Of a DNA stretch of 64,000 bases, positions 29,534-40,083 are shown one piece after another (positions within the stretch are counted from its first letter, which is position 1; every line of letters starts with the position of its first letter). Below the pieces are notes generated by a model, which worked only from the letters and a program-made list of their open reading frames with translations, was not told the origin of the DNA and did no database searches. Source of the stretch: an uncultured archaeon. GTDB taxonomy: Archaea > Asgardarchaeota > Lokiarchaeia > Sigyniarchaeales > SOKP01. A program made the translations under genes and the position numbers. Where the stretch lies: contig CAZALK010000006.1 of assembly GCA_964486045.1 (NCBI GenBank), positions 1 through 64,000 on the forward strand, read 5' to 3'.

Positions 29534-30940
29534 TTACTCAATTTTTTGACAAATATTATCTATCTTTTGAATCGTTTCATCAACAATATCATCTGTGTGA
29601 AGCATACAAGTATAAAATCTGCTTCCGGCTACCGAGATAATCTCCTGATCAACTAAGGCAGCGCCCATTTCACCCATAAAATCCTTTCTCTTAGGAAGTT
29701 CTCCCATTTGTTTCGAATCACTCATGTTAACCCCAACCGGGCAGCTAGTGTGGAAATGGACTGTACCTCCATAATTATATGACAACCATGGCAAATCGTA
29801 TTTTTCAAATACTTTTGTGAAACCAGTTGACAGTCGATTACCAGCTCTTATCGCTTTTTCAGTTGCATTTGTTTCTTCAACAAGTTTAATAGCATAGTAT
29901 GCAGCTGCACAAGTTAATGGGTTTGCAGCTATTGTTCCGCCAGAGTAAGCTTTTTTTCCTCCACCAACTCCCGCCGCGCACATACTCATGACATCAGCTC
30001 TACCGCCTATTGCTGCTGCTGATGGAAAACCATGTCCAATAATTTTCGCAAAAACAGAAATATCTGGATTAAACCCAAAATAAGCTTGACCTCCCCCCAT
30101 ATGTAACCTAAACGCACAAACAACTTCATCTGAAATTAAGAGAGCTCTGTTTTCATGACATAGTTCTTCAACTTCTTTATTAAATCCGGGTCTTACAGGA
30201 TTCGCACCAGATTCTCCACCCATAGGCTCTAGAATGACAGCTGCTACTTTTCGTTTCTCTTTGAACATCTGTCTTAACGTTTCAATATCGTTTGGGGGGC
30301 AGGAGTCTATCCATTTAAATACAGTTTTAGGAATTCCATGTGACTCCAAAAATTTAGTACCAGGCACATGCATATCATACACAAGTTGATCTGACCAACC
30401 GTGGTAAGATCCACCTATTTTAATCACCCACTTACGATTTGTAAATGTTCTAGCAATTCTAATTGCTAACATATCAGCTTCAGTTCCACTTTGTAACCAT
30501 CTGATTATTTCACAGGATGGAAAGTACTTTTGCAATGCTTCTAAAGCAAGGTATTCATATTCATGAGTAATTCCATGGCAAGGACCGATGTTTTGAATCA
30601 CATCTACAACTTTATCAATTAGGGGTTTGTATTGATGACCCAAGATTATCGGGCCTCCACACATTAAGTAATCAGTCATGACAATATCATCTACAGTCTC
30701 CATATAGCAATCATAAACTCGTTTACTTGCTAATGGGAAGGGATGGTTAAAAGCGAGGTTATGCTCTACTCCCCCAGGAATTATTTTCCGTGCTCTATCA
30801 AATACCTCCTTAGATTTTGGATGATTTTTATGATATCTTTCAATTATCCCCTTTAACTCTTCTGATTTAAAGTTTCTGATTGGCTGATTCACAATATTTT
30901 CAATCTTTGATTTCATTAATTCATATTTCATGCTACTCAT
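29534..30940 (-). CDS. Class III PLP aminotransferase, glutamate-1-semialdehyde aminomutase-like
   Basis: IPGGV, SGTEA, YHGWSD, ILEP, DEVVCAFR, FAKIIGHGFP, GTIAANP. Confidence 0.9.
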   Translation of the reverse strand: MSSMKYELMKSKIENIVNQPIRNFKSEELKGIIERYHKNHPKSKEVFDRARKIIPGGVEHNLAFNHPFPLASKRVYDCYMETVDDIVMTDYLMCGGPIILGHQYKPLIDKVVDVIQNIGPCHGITHEYEYLALEALQKYFPSCEIIRWLQSGTEADMLAIRIARTFTNRKWVIKIGGSYHGWSDQLVYDMHVPGTKFLESHGIPKTVFKWIDSCPPNDIETLRQMFKEKRKVAAVILEPMGGESGANPVRPGFNKEVEELCHENRALLISDEVVCAFRLHMGGGQAYFGFNPDISVFAKIIGHGFPSAAAIGGRADVMSMCAAGVGGGKKAYSGGTIAANPLTCAAAYYAIKLVEETNATEKAIRAGNRLSTGFTKVFEKYDLPWLSYNYGGTVHFHTSCPVGVNMSDSKQMGELPKRKDFMGEMGAALVDQEIISVAGSRFYTCMLHTDDIVDETIQKIDNICQKIE

Positions 30941-31091
30941 GATACTTCATTGTTTGATTTTCTTTATGAAACAAAATTAGTTAGAAAATATTAACATCAA
31001 AAAAGAAGTTTATTCTTAGTTTGAAGTTCTTAAATTGTTAATATTTCAGCCGAAAAAATCTTTATTTAGATTAACAACATTAATATAAAAT

Positions 31092-32777
31092 ATGGTAAAC
31101 TCACAAAAAAAATATATTTTGGCGATAGATCATGGGACTGGTGGTCCAAAATCTGCAATTGTATCTACCCAAGGTGAAGTTGTTGATTGGGCATTCGAGG
31201 CTGTACCCTTACATGTTTCTAAAGGTGGTGAAGCAGAACAAGACCCAGATGATTGGTGGAACGCTATTCTCAAAACTTCTAAGCAAGTTATTGATAATGG
31301 AAAAGTTTCTGTTGATGATATCGTGGGTGTTAGCAATACGAGTCAATGGAGCGGAACAGTTGCTGTAGATAATGATAACAATCACCTAATGAATTCTATT
31401 ATTTGGATGGATACTCGCGGGGCTGAATATATTTCAAAATTATTTAAAGGCTTAATTAAAGTTGGGGGTTATCCTGTCTTTAAGATCTTAAAACTCTTAA
31501 AGAGGACTGGAGGGGGTCCTGCTTTTCACGGGAAAGATCCTATAGCTCACATATTATGGATAAAAAATGAATTACCGGACATATATGAAAAAACTTATAG
31601 GTTCTTGGAACCACAAGATTATGTTAATCTGAAGTTAACTGGCAAATTCGCTGTATCAAATGTATCCGTTCATCTACATTGGATAACAGATATTAGAGAT
31701 ATTAATAACGTTAGATATTCTAAAAAATTAATGAAATTGTTTGGAGTGGATCCATTAAAGGTTTCCTCAAATATTCATAACTCAACAGATATCCTCGGTC
31801 CTATTAAGAAAGAGGTAGCTGATAAACTAGGATTAAATAAAGACACTAAAGTAGTAGTAGGTGCTCCAGATGTTCCTTCGGCAAATATAGGATCAGGAGC
31901 GATTCGAGACTATGATGGTCACATTTACATTGGTACATCAGATTGGATTGGATGCCATGTACCATTTAAGAAAACGGATATTGCTCACAATATGGCAAGT
32001 GTACCCTCAGCTATTCCGGGAAGATATATTTTAGCGAACGAGCAAAATATGGGTGGTGGAGCGTTGTCTTTTCTTAGGGATAAGATACTCTACCATAAAG
32101 ATGAACTTCTAAAAGAAGAGGCAGTTCCAGATGTATATAAAATATTTGATAGAATTGTGGAAACAATCCCGGCTGGTTCTAACAATTTAATTTTCACTCC
32201 TTGGTTAATAGGGGAGAGGGCTCCAGAAGATGATCATACGATTCGAGGGGGGTTGTATAATATCTCCCTAGAAATGTCTCGAGAACACCTAATTAGAGCT
32301 ATATTCGAAGGGGTTGCTTATAATGTTAAGTGGCTCTTTACATATGTCGAGAAATTCATCCAGAAAGGGAAAATGAAAGCCAATCCTGGAATGACAAAAA
32401 ACGACATTGTTATGCCCGAGATTAATATTATTGGAGGGGGTGCTCAAAGTAAAGTATGGTGTCAAATATTCGCAGATGTTTTAAACAGAAAAATTAGACA
32501 AGTAAAGGATCCAATTCAAGCAAATGCTCGAGGTGCTGCTTTTATCGCATCTGTAGGACTTGGATATATTAAATGGGATGAAATTCCTAAATATATTGAA
32601 ATTTCAAATACTTTCACACCAAATCCAGAAAACAGACATGTTTATGATAGACTCTTCAAAGAATATCTAAACATCTATAAGATAATGAGAAAAACTTATA
32701 ATCGTCTAAATAGGCAAGATTCCATATTTTCTGCTAAACATGAAAAAAAATTAAGAGAGATCCCATTAAAGGGATAA
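31092..32777 (+). CDS. FGGY-family carbohydrate kinase (xylulokinase-like)
   Basis: LAIDHGTGGPK, AEQDPDDWW, WMDTRG, GERAP, RAIFEGVA, GGGA. Confidence 0.92.
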   Translation: MVNSQKKYILAIDHGTGGPKSAIVSTQGEVVDWAFEAVPLHVSKGGEAEQDPDDWWNAILKTSKQVIDNGKVSVDDIVGVSNTSQWSGTVAVDNDNNHLMNSIIWMDTRGAEYISKLFKGLIKVGGYPVFKILKLLKRTGGGPAFHGKDPIAHILWIKNELPDIYEKTYRFLEPQDYVNLKLTGKFAVSNVSVHLHWITDIRDINNVRYSKKLMKLFGVDPLKVSSNIHNSTDILGPIKKEVADKLGLNKDTKVVVGAPDVPSANIGSGAIRDYDGHIYIGTSDWIGCHVPFKKTDIAHNMASVPSAIPGRYILANEQNMGGGALSFLRDKILYHKDELLKEEAVPDVYKIFDRIVETIPAGSNNLIFTPWLIGERAPEDDHTIRGGLYNISLEMSREHLIRAIFEGVAYNVKWLFTYVEKFIQKGKMKANPGMTKNDIVMPEINIIGGGAQSKVWCQIFADVLNRKIRQVKDPIQANARGAAFIASVGLGYIKWDEIPKYIEISNTFTPNPENRHVYDRLFKEYLNIYKIMRKTYNRLNRQDSIFSAKHEKKLREIPLKG

Positions 32778-32789
32778 ATAAGATAATTT

Positions 32790-33893
32790 TTATTTTATAT
32801 TTGCCGCAACGCTTTTTATTGATAATTCTGCATCAGAGACAATATCATTGATTATATCAGACACACTTTCAATGCTATCAATTACGCCAATACTCTGACC
32901 TAAAAGTACTGCCCCTGATTTCACATCTCCTCTATACGCGGCCATATACGCATTAGCTGATGCAATAAACTCTTTGATCATATCTTCGCGAGACATACTG
33001 GTAAGTTTTTGTTCTTCAGCTATTTTTGCCTGTTTATCTGAAACAAGTCCATGATGAAGACTATACTCATTCTTCCATAAGCGTATAGGTCCTAAAGCAC
33101 CTGTGACTAATATTGTATCCGAAGCCTTAGAAGGTGGTACAACTCCTTTATAACTTTCATGGAATTCAGCATCTTTGCTTGCAATAAAACGTGAGCCCAT
33201 TGCAATACCCCCGGCACCCAAACTCAATGCAGCAGCTAATCCTGCACCAGTAGCAAATCCCCCACAAGCAATTACTGGAAAATCAGGATGTTTCTTATGG
33301 ACTTGTTGAAGTAAAACTAATGTGCTTACTTTCTCATATGATTGATGTCCTCCACCTTCACCACCAGTTACAACCATTCCATCTACTCCAGATGCAACAC
33401 ATTTATCCGCTAACCATGAAGCGGGAGCAACATGAAAGTGTTTAATTTCTGATTTCTTTTTTAATTCTTGGAATGATTTACTTGCAGGTAATGTCTTAGA
33501 TGAACCGGCACTTGTCAGAGCATAGATACACTGGTCTCTTATTCTTTGATTCTCCATTATAAACTTCGGAATTTCAGTGCACAACTTACCTGCCTGGATT
33601 TCATTTCTGGAAGTTCTTATATTAAATCCAAATGGTTTATCAGTGTGTTCTACAACAAATTTCATGTTTTCTTTCATGGCTTCTACAGCGTCAGCACCTA
33701 ACCTTGCTGAGCTTGTTGTAGGTTCAGTACCAATATTAGAACCACGTTTTATAGAGGTGTGGGATAGAACACCTAATCCACCTGCTTCACTAACTGCTAC
33801 ACAAAGGTCTGTAGTGTAAAATGGCCCCATCGCCGCAGAAAAAATCGGGTGTTTGATACCAAACATTTTGGTAATATTTGTTTCTATTGTCAT
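32790..33893 (-). CDS. FabK / nitronate monooxygenase family flavoprotein
   Basis: AVSEAGGLG, GGEGGGH, IACGG, AALSLGAGGIAMGSRF. Confidence 0.9.
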   Translation of the reverse strand: MTIETNITKMFGIKHPIFSAAMGPFYTTDLCVAVSEAGGLGVLSHTSIKRGSNIGTEPTTSSARLGADAVEAMKENMKFVVEHTDKPFGFNIRTSRNEIQAGKLCTEIPKFIMENQRIRDQCIYALTSAGSSKTLPASKSFQELKKKSEIKHFHVAPASWLADKCVASGVDGMVVTGGEGGGHQSYEKVSTLVLLQQVHKKHPDFPVIACGGFATGAGLAAALSLGAGGIAMGSRFIASKDAEFHESYKGVVPPSKASDTILVTGALGPIRLWKNEYSLHHGLVSDKQAKIAEEQKLTSMSREDMIKEFIASANAYMAAYRGDVKSGAVLLGQSIGVIDSIESVSDIINDIVSDAELSIKSVAANIK

Positions 33894-34007
33894 TTAATCA
33901 CATTTAATTATTTTCTTCTTTTAAAATTGTTTTAACTGTTTTAATTACGGTAAAATTTTGTTAATTATAATCTTTACTATTCAAATGCTTGACTATTAAC
34001 TAAATAA

Positions 34008-34481
34008 GAATTCTCAGAATCCCTTCAAACAAAGTTTAAGAAAGTTCTCCCTCACACAGCAAGTTGGAGTAATCCAATAGATATAACCTTTGACATGAAC
34101 ATCTTTAATCTATACATAAACTTTCCAAAAATGTTAATGAAATCGGGGGAAATCGATATCATAATAATATATGGTGCTATGGGATTCGGAGATATGGCAT
34201 CATCGGAACAACAAAATACGCGAATTTCTCAATATATTGAAATGAATGAAGAAATGAGAGAAAGAGTGGGGGAGATGGATAAATTTCTTATACCGCCCAC
34301 AATTCAAGCATCCCACAAGTATTCCGTTCCTGTAATATATATTAATCCTCAAAGTTATGCAAATGAGTGGTCAAAAAGAATACGAGGACATGGGGGAATT
34401 GTCTTTCAATTTTGGGACCGTCCGGTTAACGCTTTAGCAAAAATATGTGATTATTCTGAATATCGTAGAAGATTCGAATAA
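34008..34481 (+). pseudogene. C-terminal fragment of an ADP-forming acyl-CoA synthetase alpha subunit
   Basis: In frame upstream of ATG 34095 reads EFSESLQTKFKKVLPHTASWSNPIDITFD (LP..AS..NPxD motif); the N-terminal domains are absent. Confidence 0.75.
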
Positions 34482-34532
34482 TAAAAGTAAAAAAAAATAT
34501 GATCTTACTTTTCTAGGTAATTATAATGTTAA

Positions 34533-35084
34533 TCAGAATCGACGGCGACTTTTTTTTTGATTTTCTTCTTTTTCATGGTGGATCATGATAACAATTCCTA
34601 ATATTAGCATTGCAGACCCGTCATCTAAATCAGGAGACATTTTAATTCCATAAGTTCCTTTAAGAATGCTTTTAAATAATTTTTTATGAATTTCTGCGAC
34701 TACCTTTTTATTTTTGATAACCTTGAATTTCAATGTCCAAATATTACCCTTCATTGTAAAAACTTTTTCTTCATTTGGATCTTCGAACCAATACTTAGGT
34801 TTTACGGATATAAGTTTTTGCTTCATTTTCCCTATGAATTTATCATCATCTTGCTCACCACCTAAGTAGAATTTATAAGCTGAGCGTAAAGAAATTATTT
34901 TTTCATGAATAGTTAAGATAGGGGTCTCATCAAGTTCTCTGATTCGGTAGGTATTACCGATTTTTATCAATTTACCTCTAAAAGTGCCAATAACTTCTCC
35001 ATCAGTATTCATTATATTTCCTTTATCCGTCAAAGATATCATTTTCTCTTGAAGGATAAAATCTCGAGTTTTTTGTAGTGACAT
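34533..35084 (-). CDS. LURP-one / tubby-C / scramblase-like protein
   Basis: FILQEKMISLTD...KGNIWTLKFKV...VAEIHKK...TYGIKM...LILGIVIMI. Confidence 0.8.
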   Translation of the reverse strand: MSLQKTRDFILQEKMISLTDKGNIMNTDGEVIGTFRGKLIKIGNTYRIRELDETPILTIHEKIISLRSAYKFYLGGEQDDDKFIGKMKQKLISVKPKYWFEDPNEEKVFTMKGNIWTLKFKVIKNKKVVAEIHKKLFKSILKGTYGIKMSPDLDDGSAMLILGIVIMIHHEKEENQKKSRRRF

Positions 35085-35267
35085 TTTTTTAATGTATTTA
35101 TCTATTTGTTTGATAGTCTTTATTATTACTAACTATATTTTTGCTTATTAAATATTTACTTAAACTGAGAAATTAAAAGGTTTATATTTTTTAATATTGG
35201 ACTCCAAAAGTTAAATATAAGAATAAAATATATAGTAAATCAAGTAAAAACAAAAACAAAAAAAATT

Positions 35268-35645
35268 ATGTCTTTACTTTATAACTCAGAGGGATATTTT
35301 TGCGAAGGAGAACCAGGTCGTAATTGGCAATTTGATATGACATCTGGAGAAATAATTTTGACGGATGAAAAATTATCTCTAGTAAAAAAATCTGATATAA
35401 GTCTGACTGAAATTGGCACTTCGGTAGATAAATTCCGTGAAGATTTTAAGATACCTTTAACTAAAATAGAAAAAGCCTATAGCAATAATAATGGAAAAAT
35501 ACACTTCGTTGTCGTTGAAACAAAAGATAATTATAAATTTACTCTTACAATGGCAAATGAAGAGAACTATGGTAAGAAAAAAAGTATTGCATTAAGTGAA
35601 TTAATCACTGTCTCAGTTTTAAAAAATAAAATAGATAAGAAATAA
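35268..35645 (+). CDS. Small PH/GRAM-like domain protein
   Basis: GEIILTDEKLSL...FKIPLTKIEK...C-terminal helix. Confidence 0.55.
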   Translation: MSLLYNSEGYFCEGEPGRNWQFDMTSGEIILTDEKLSLVKKSDISLTEIGTSVDKFREDFKIPLTKIEKAYSNNNGKIHFVVVETKDNYKFTLTMANEENYGKKKSIALSELITVSVLKNKIDKK

Positions 35646-35660
35646 AAAAAATAAAAATAA

Positions 35661-37514
35661 TTATCCTTTAATAGGCTTTCCTTGTTCGGCTTTAGCTTTA
35701 TCTTTCTCTTGAAGTTCACGCCTTTGAACTTTTCCCGTCATACTAACTGGCATTTTACGAATAACTTCAATTAAGCGAGGAGATTTCCACTTAGCCATGT
35801 TTTCTAAGCACCATGCTTTAATCTCTTCTATCATTATGTTCTTACCGACCTTAAACCCTTTTTTTAAAACGACCCACGCTTTGACTTTTTCACCAGTGTT
35901 TTCATCAGGTAAGCTAGCAACTGCAACTTCATCTATAGCCTCATGATGTCCCATCAAATCTTCAACCTCTTTAGGAAACACTGAATGACCAGAAACTTTA
36001 ATAAGCGATTTCTTACGATCTCGTATTTCAACCCATCCATGTTCATCCATAAAACCAATATCACCAGTCAGGAGCCATCTTTTTCCGTCCCACATTTTTA
36101 AATTATCTTCTTGTTCTGCTTGCTTTCCTAGATATCCCAACATTACATGAGGACCAGCGATGCATATTTCACCTGTATTTTCAACGCCAAAACCACCTTT
36201 CTCTTTTGTACCGTCACAGATAGGTCCCGCTTCAAAATTTTCCGAATCAAATATAGCCCAGTTTGCACCAGGCATAGGCAGACCTAATTTTCCCGTTTTA
36301 GTATCACCCCAAAAAGGTGCTACACTATGAATTGGAGAAGTTTCAGTTAAGCCATAACCTACTCTTATTGGACAAAAGATTTCTTCAAATGGAACGCGTA
36401 CATGGTCATGTAATGGCCCTGCCCCAGAAGTAGCATACTTTAATTTTTTCCAAAAGTCGTACTTAGACTTAAATTCGTCAACACCCATGGTTTGAACGAA
36501 ATCTGTCAATCTTTTAAATAGCATCTCCACCCCGGTATACATAATTCCTTCGGGAGGATTTAACTTATTTATTGTTTCGCAGAGGACATCATCAGTGGGA
36601 GGCCTTGGGAAGAGGAGCATCTGCATTCCTAACGCCAAACTCGCCGACATGACACAAGTCATCCCAAAACTGTGGAAAAATGGAATACTTCCAATAGTTA
36701 ACATCCCAGGTCTAAGATTAGTCCATGGCTTTATCATGTTTAAATTTAATACTAGATTCGCGTGTGAAAGCATAGCTGCTTTTGGCAAACCTGTAGTCCC
36801 TCCGGTCATAAGGTACACTGCAGGAGTTTTCCAAGGATCTATATCTAGTTCAATTTCTTCTGGTTCGGTCTCTTTAATTATTTTCTCCATCCAAATAACT
36901 TTATAATCATCCGTTTCATCCGGAAGTTTGCCTTTTGCACTTGGAATTCCTAAGGCTTGAATTGTTTCGTCATCAGCAGTTAGAAAATCTACGAAATTAG
37001 TTGGGATAACAAATTTTACGCTTGTTTTTGGAAGAACATCTTTAGGTCCAGCAATGTAAAGCATATCCATCATGACAAACACTTTAGCATTAGTCATTGT
37101 TAATGAATGTAACAGTTCCATGGGGCGATACGTTGGATTAATCCCTTGTACAATTGCTCCTATATATTGACAACCCATATAGGCTACAACAAAGTTTATT
37201 GAATTTGGAAGATCGATTGCTACAACATCCCCTTGTTGTATACCTAGCTCTTTCCTGAGATATGTTCCAAATTTTTTTGCATAATCGAATAAAGTTTTAA
37301 GTTTTACTCTTTCCATGTGTGGTCCATAAACAAAAACGCAAATATCAGCTTCCCAAATATCATATAATTCGACAGCCTTTTCAAAACTCTTCCAGATTGA
37401 TGAGACTTCAACATTCTCAACATCTTTTAATTGCTTTGGAACACCTTCCGGCCAGTAACCACCTGTAAACCAAACTTTATTCTCATCTACTACAAAATCA
37501 TCTAAACTCGGCAT
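35661..37514 (-). CDS. Long-chain fatty acid--CoA ligase
   Basis: TGGTTGLPK, GYGLTE, TGDIG, DRKK, GKVQRR. Confidence 0.94.
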   Translation of the reverse strand: MPSLDDFVVDENKVWFTGGYWPEGVPKQLKDVENVEVSSIWKSFEKAVELYDIWEADICVFVYGPHMERVKLKTLFDYAKKFGTYLRKELGIQQGDVVAIDLPNSINFVVAYMGCQYIGAIVQGINPTYRPMELLHSLTMTNAKVFVMMDMLYIAGPKDVLPKTSVKFVIPTNFVDFLTADDETIQALGIPSAKGKLPDETDDYKVIWMEKIIKETEPEEIELDIDPWKTPAVYLMTGGTTGLPKAAMLSHANLVLNLNMIKPWTNLRPGMLTIGSIPFFHSFGMTCVMSASLALGMQMLLFPRPPTDDVLCETINKLNPPEGIMYTGVEMLFKRLTDFVQTMGVDEFKSKYDFWKKLKYATSGAGPLHDHVRVPFEEIFCPIRVGYGLTETSPIHSVAPFWGDTKTGKLGLPMPGANWAIFDSENFEAGPICDGTKEKGGFGVENTGEICIAGPHVMLGYLGKQAEQEDNLKMWDGKRWLLTGDIGFMDEHGWVEIRDRKKSLIKVSGHSVFPKEVEDLMGHHEAIDEVAVASLPDENTGEKVKAWVVLKKGFKVGKNIMIEEIKAWCLENMAKWKSPRLIEVIRKMPVSMTGKVQRRELQEKDKAKAEQGKPIKG

Positions 37515-37699
37515 ATTTTTTCACTATTTTCATATAGTTTTTTTTTTCTATAAAATAATTATTATAATATTGATTGATATACAATCTTATAATAATTTAT
37601 CTCGATTCAGATTTGTGTAATGAGACAAATCTAAATTTTGACTTGGAAAAGGTGCAAAAAGAATGGTGAAAAGATAATTGGTAAAGAATTTATTTCTTT

Positions 37700-38993
37700 T
37701 TAAGAAATTTGAGTTCTGTCTTTAAACCTTTTGCGTCTTTTAACAAAATAGTAGACGTTGATTCCAATTAAAATCCCAACAACGACCCATTGAGGAGGTG
37801 GCCAACTAGTTAGCAAAGAAATACCAAGTAAAGTTAGCAGGAGATTACTGGTAATTTCTTTGAAGAATTCTCCTTTTTCCAGTGATTCTTCTAATCTTTC
37901 TTGAATAATTCTATCAGTGTCGATGTCCTGTTTATATTCTTCAACGAGTTTTCTTAAATCATCATCTTCTTCCATATAATTCATAGATTTGGTTGAATTA
38001 ATAATCCAGTCGTTTAGTATTGAGAGAGAAATAAAGGCTTTTGTTTGGAATTCAAGTGCTTCTGAAATGAAATTATAATGGGATTTCAAATCAAAGTTTT
38101 CTTCCTTGTCCCCATTTATGATTAAGGAGTGTTTTCCGTAAAATAATTTTCCTTTAAAATCTTTAGGAAAATCATAGAAAATTCTTAAGGCATTTGAATA
38201 TTTAGTCTCATAGAATACACCCTGTTTTTTCGATCTAAAGATAGGAACAACAGGGAAAAAATCTGATTTTATAGGAAAGCAAATTTGTAGCACTTCTGAG
38301 TATCTAAAATTAAGTTTAATTAATTCTGTTAAAATCCCCCTTCCAAATTGCACAAGTGTATAGAAAGTTCTATCAAAATTCTCATTTGATGTTTTACATT
38401 TCAAAATAAACTTATCTTCATCAAAATATCCAGTTATTTCTTTCTCATCAACGGTAAAGTTTAAAGTTTTTTCAAATTTTTTATCTACTTTAATTTTAAA
38501 ACCTAAAATCTCCGCTAATGGGAAACAACTCATTAAAAAATGATGTGTGTTTGTATTCGAACCAGGGATTTTAAAAATAAGATATATTTCATCATTACCA
38601 CTAGGGATATTATAATTCTTCCAATCAAATTTTACTTCGCTACCCTTACGGCTTATCATCTTTTTCTTCTCATCAATATAATAAGCGTGAGCACCATTTA
38701 TTATAGAAAATTTTATTTTCTTCTCAAATCGTAATTTCTTTAAGGTTTTACCTATTTTTGGTATTTCTGCGAAAATTTGATTAGAAGAGAGATTTAATCT
38801 GAATTCATAATCTTTTATTCCAGAAGCTATTAAAAGATTTGTAAGAGTTAATTTAGAATCAACTTTGTTTTTTAAGAGGATTTTCAAAGATTTGTTTTTC
38901 TAAAAAATCTTCTGCTTTTATCTCCTTACCTTCTTCATCTTCTTCGAATTCTTGTTCCACTATATACTTATTTTTTGAGACTTTTCTATTCAT
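37700..38993 (-). pseudogene. Hypothetical membrane-anchored protein with an apparent single-base frameshift near the 5' end
   Basis: ATG 38993 reads MNRKVSKNKYIVEQEFEEDEEGKEIKAEDFLEKQIFENPLK; removing one A from the A6 run (~38868-38873) joins it to ORF 37700-38887; C-terminal TM hairpin. Confidence 0.55.
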
Positions 38994-39131
38994 TTTAATC
39001 ACTCGAGAATTATCAAAACAACTTTATTTAATTTTTACAATTTTTAATTATTATTTCTTTTTAAAGTGATGGTTGATTTAAAAGAATATTATAATTCAAA
39101 ATACTATCAAAAAGTAGTATGAGCAAGGTTT

Positions 39132-39989
39132 ATGAGTTTTAAAAAGAAGATAGCAGAAAAGTTAAAAGATGTTTTCACTGAGGAAGAACTTTCAATTCTT
39201 CCACGCGGTTTCCAAACTTTAGGAAATCTTATTATTCTGAAATTAAATCCAAAATTATCAGAAAAAAACAAAGTTATTGGTCAAGCTTATTTAGATCTAC
39301 TTCCTAAAATTAGGAGTGTATATTTAAACAAAGGTCGTATTATTGGATCATTCAGAGAACCAGAGAATATTGAATTTCTCGTTGGGGAGGATAATCCCTT
39401 TGTAGAACATAAGGAACACGGAGTAAGATATCGATTTGATATAACAAAAATTATGTTTAGCCAAGGAAATCTTAATGAAAGAAGGTTATTAGCAACCTTT
39501 GTTAAGAAAGGCGAGGTTATCGTGGACATGTTTGCGGGGATGGGTTATTTTTCATTACCTATAGCAAAACATTCTGAAGCAGAGCAAATCTATAGCATTG
39601 AACTTAATCCTACATCATACAGAACATTACTCGAAAATATAAAAATCAATCATTTTGAGGAGAAAATAATAGCAATTAATGGGGATTCTAAACAAGAAGT
39701 TTTAGAGTTAAGTAACTCTGGTATTAAGGCTGATCGTGTGATTATGGGCGTCTTTCCTGCCCCAAAAGATTATGTTAAAGAGGCACTAAGCCTAAATAAA
39801 GAAGAAGGCACAATATACCATTATGAGGGTGTGGTCGAGAAAGATGCTTATATGTCTCTTTTTAAAGAATTTGAGGAAATTTGTCAAAAAGAACAGTTTA
39901 ATTGTACTCTAGAATCACATAGATTTGTAAAAAGCTATGGTCCAAATTTATATCATACTGTATTAGATATCTTTGTGAAAAAAAATTAG
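39132..39989 (+). CDS. taw2: tRNA wyosine-pathway aminocarboxypropyltransferase (Taw2/TYW2; Trm5/Met-10 family)
   Basis: DITKIMFSQGNLNER, VDMFAGMGYFSLPIA, IELNP, ADRVIMG, IYHYE. Confidence 0.8.
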   Translation: MSFKKKIAEKLKDVFTEEELSILPRGFQTLGNLIILKLNPKLSEKNKVIGQAYLDLLPKIRSVYLNKGRIIGSFREPENIEFLVGEDNPFVEHKEHGVRYRFDITKIMFSQGNLNERRLLATFVKKGEVIVDMFAGMGYFSLPIAKHSEAEQIYSIELNPTSYRTLLENIKINHFEEKIIAINGDSKQEVLELSNSGIKADRVIMGVFPAPKDYVKEALSLNKEEGTIYHYEGVVEKDAYMSLFKEFEEICQKEQFNCTLESHRFVKSYGPNLYHTVLDIFVKKN

Positions 39990-40083
39990 ATAATTTTATT
40001 TATGGAATAAGAGAAATATATCTTATAAGGGATATAAAAAGAGATTTTTTCTTTGTATTTAACTTCAAAATGAAAATGAATGA

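Noticed and set aside
29534-30940. Assigning the symbol hemL
   Set aside because: Family-level match only; no tetrapyrrole gene context
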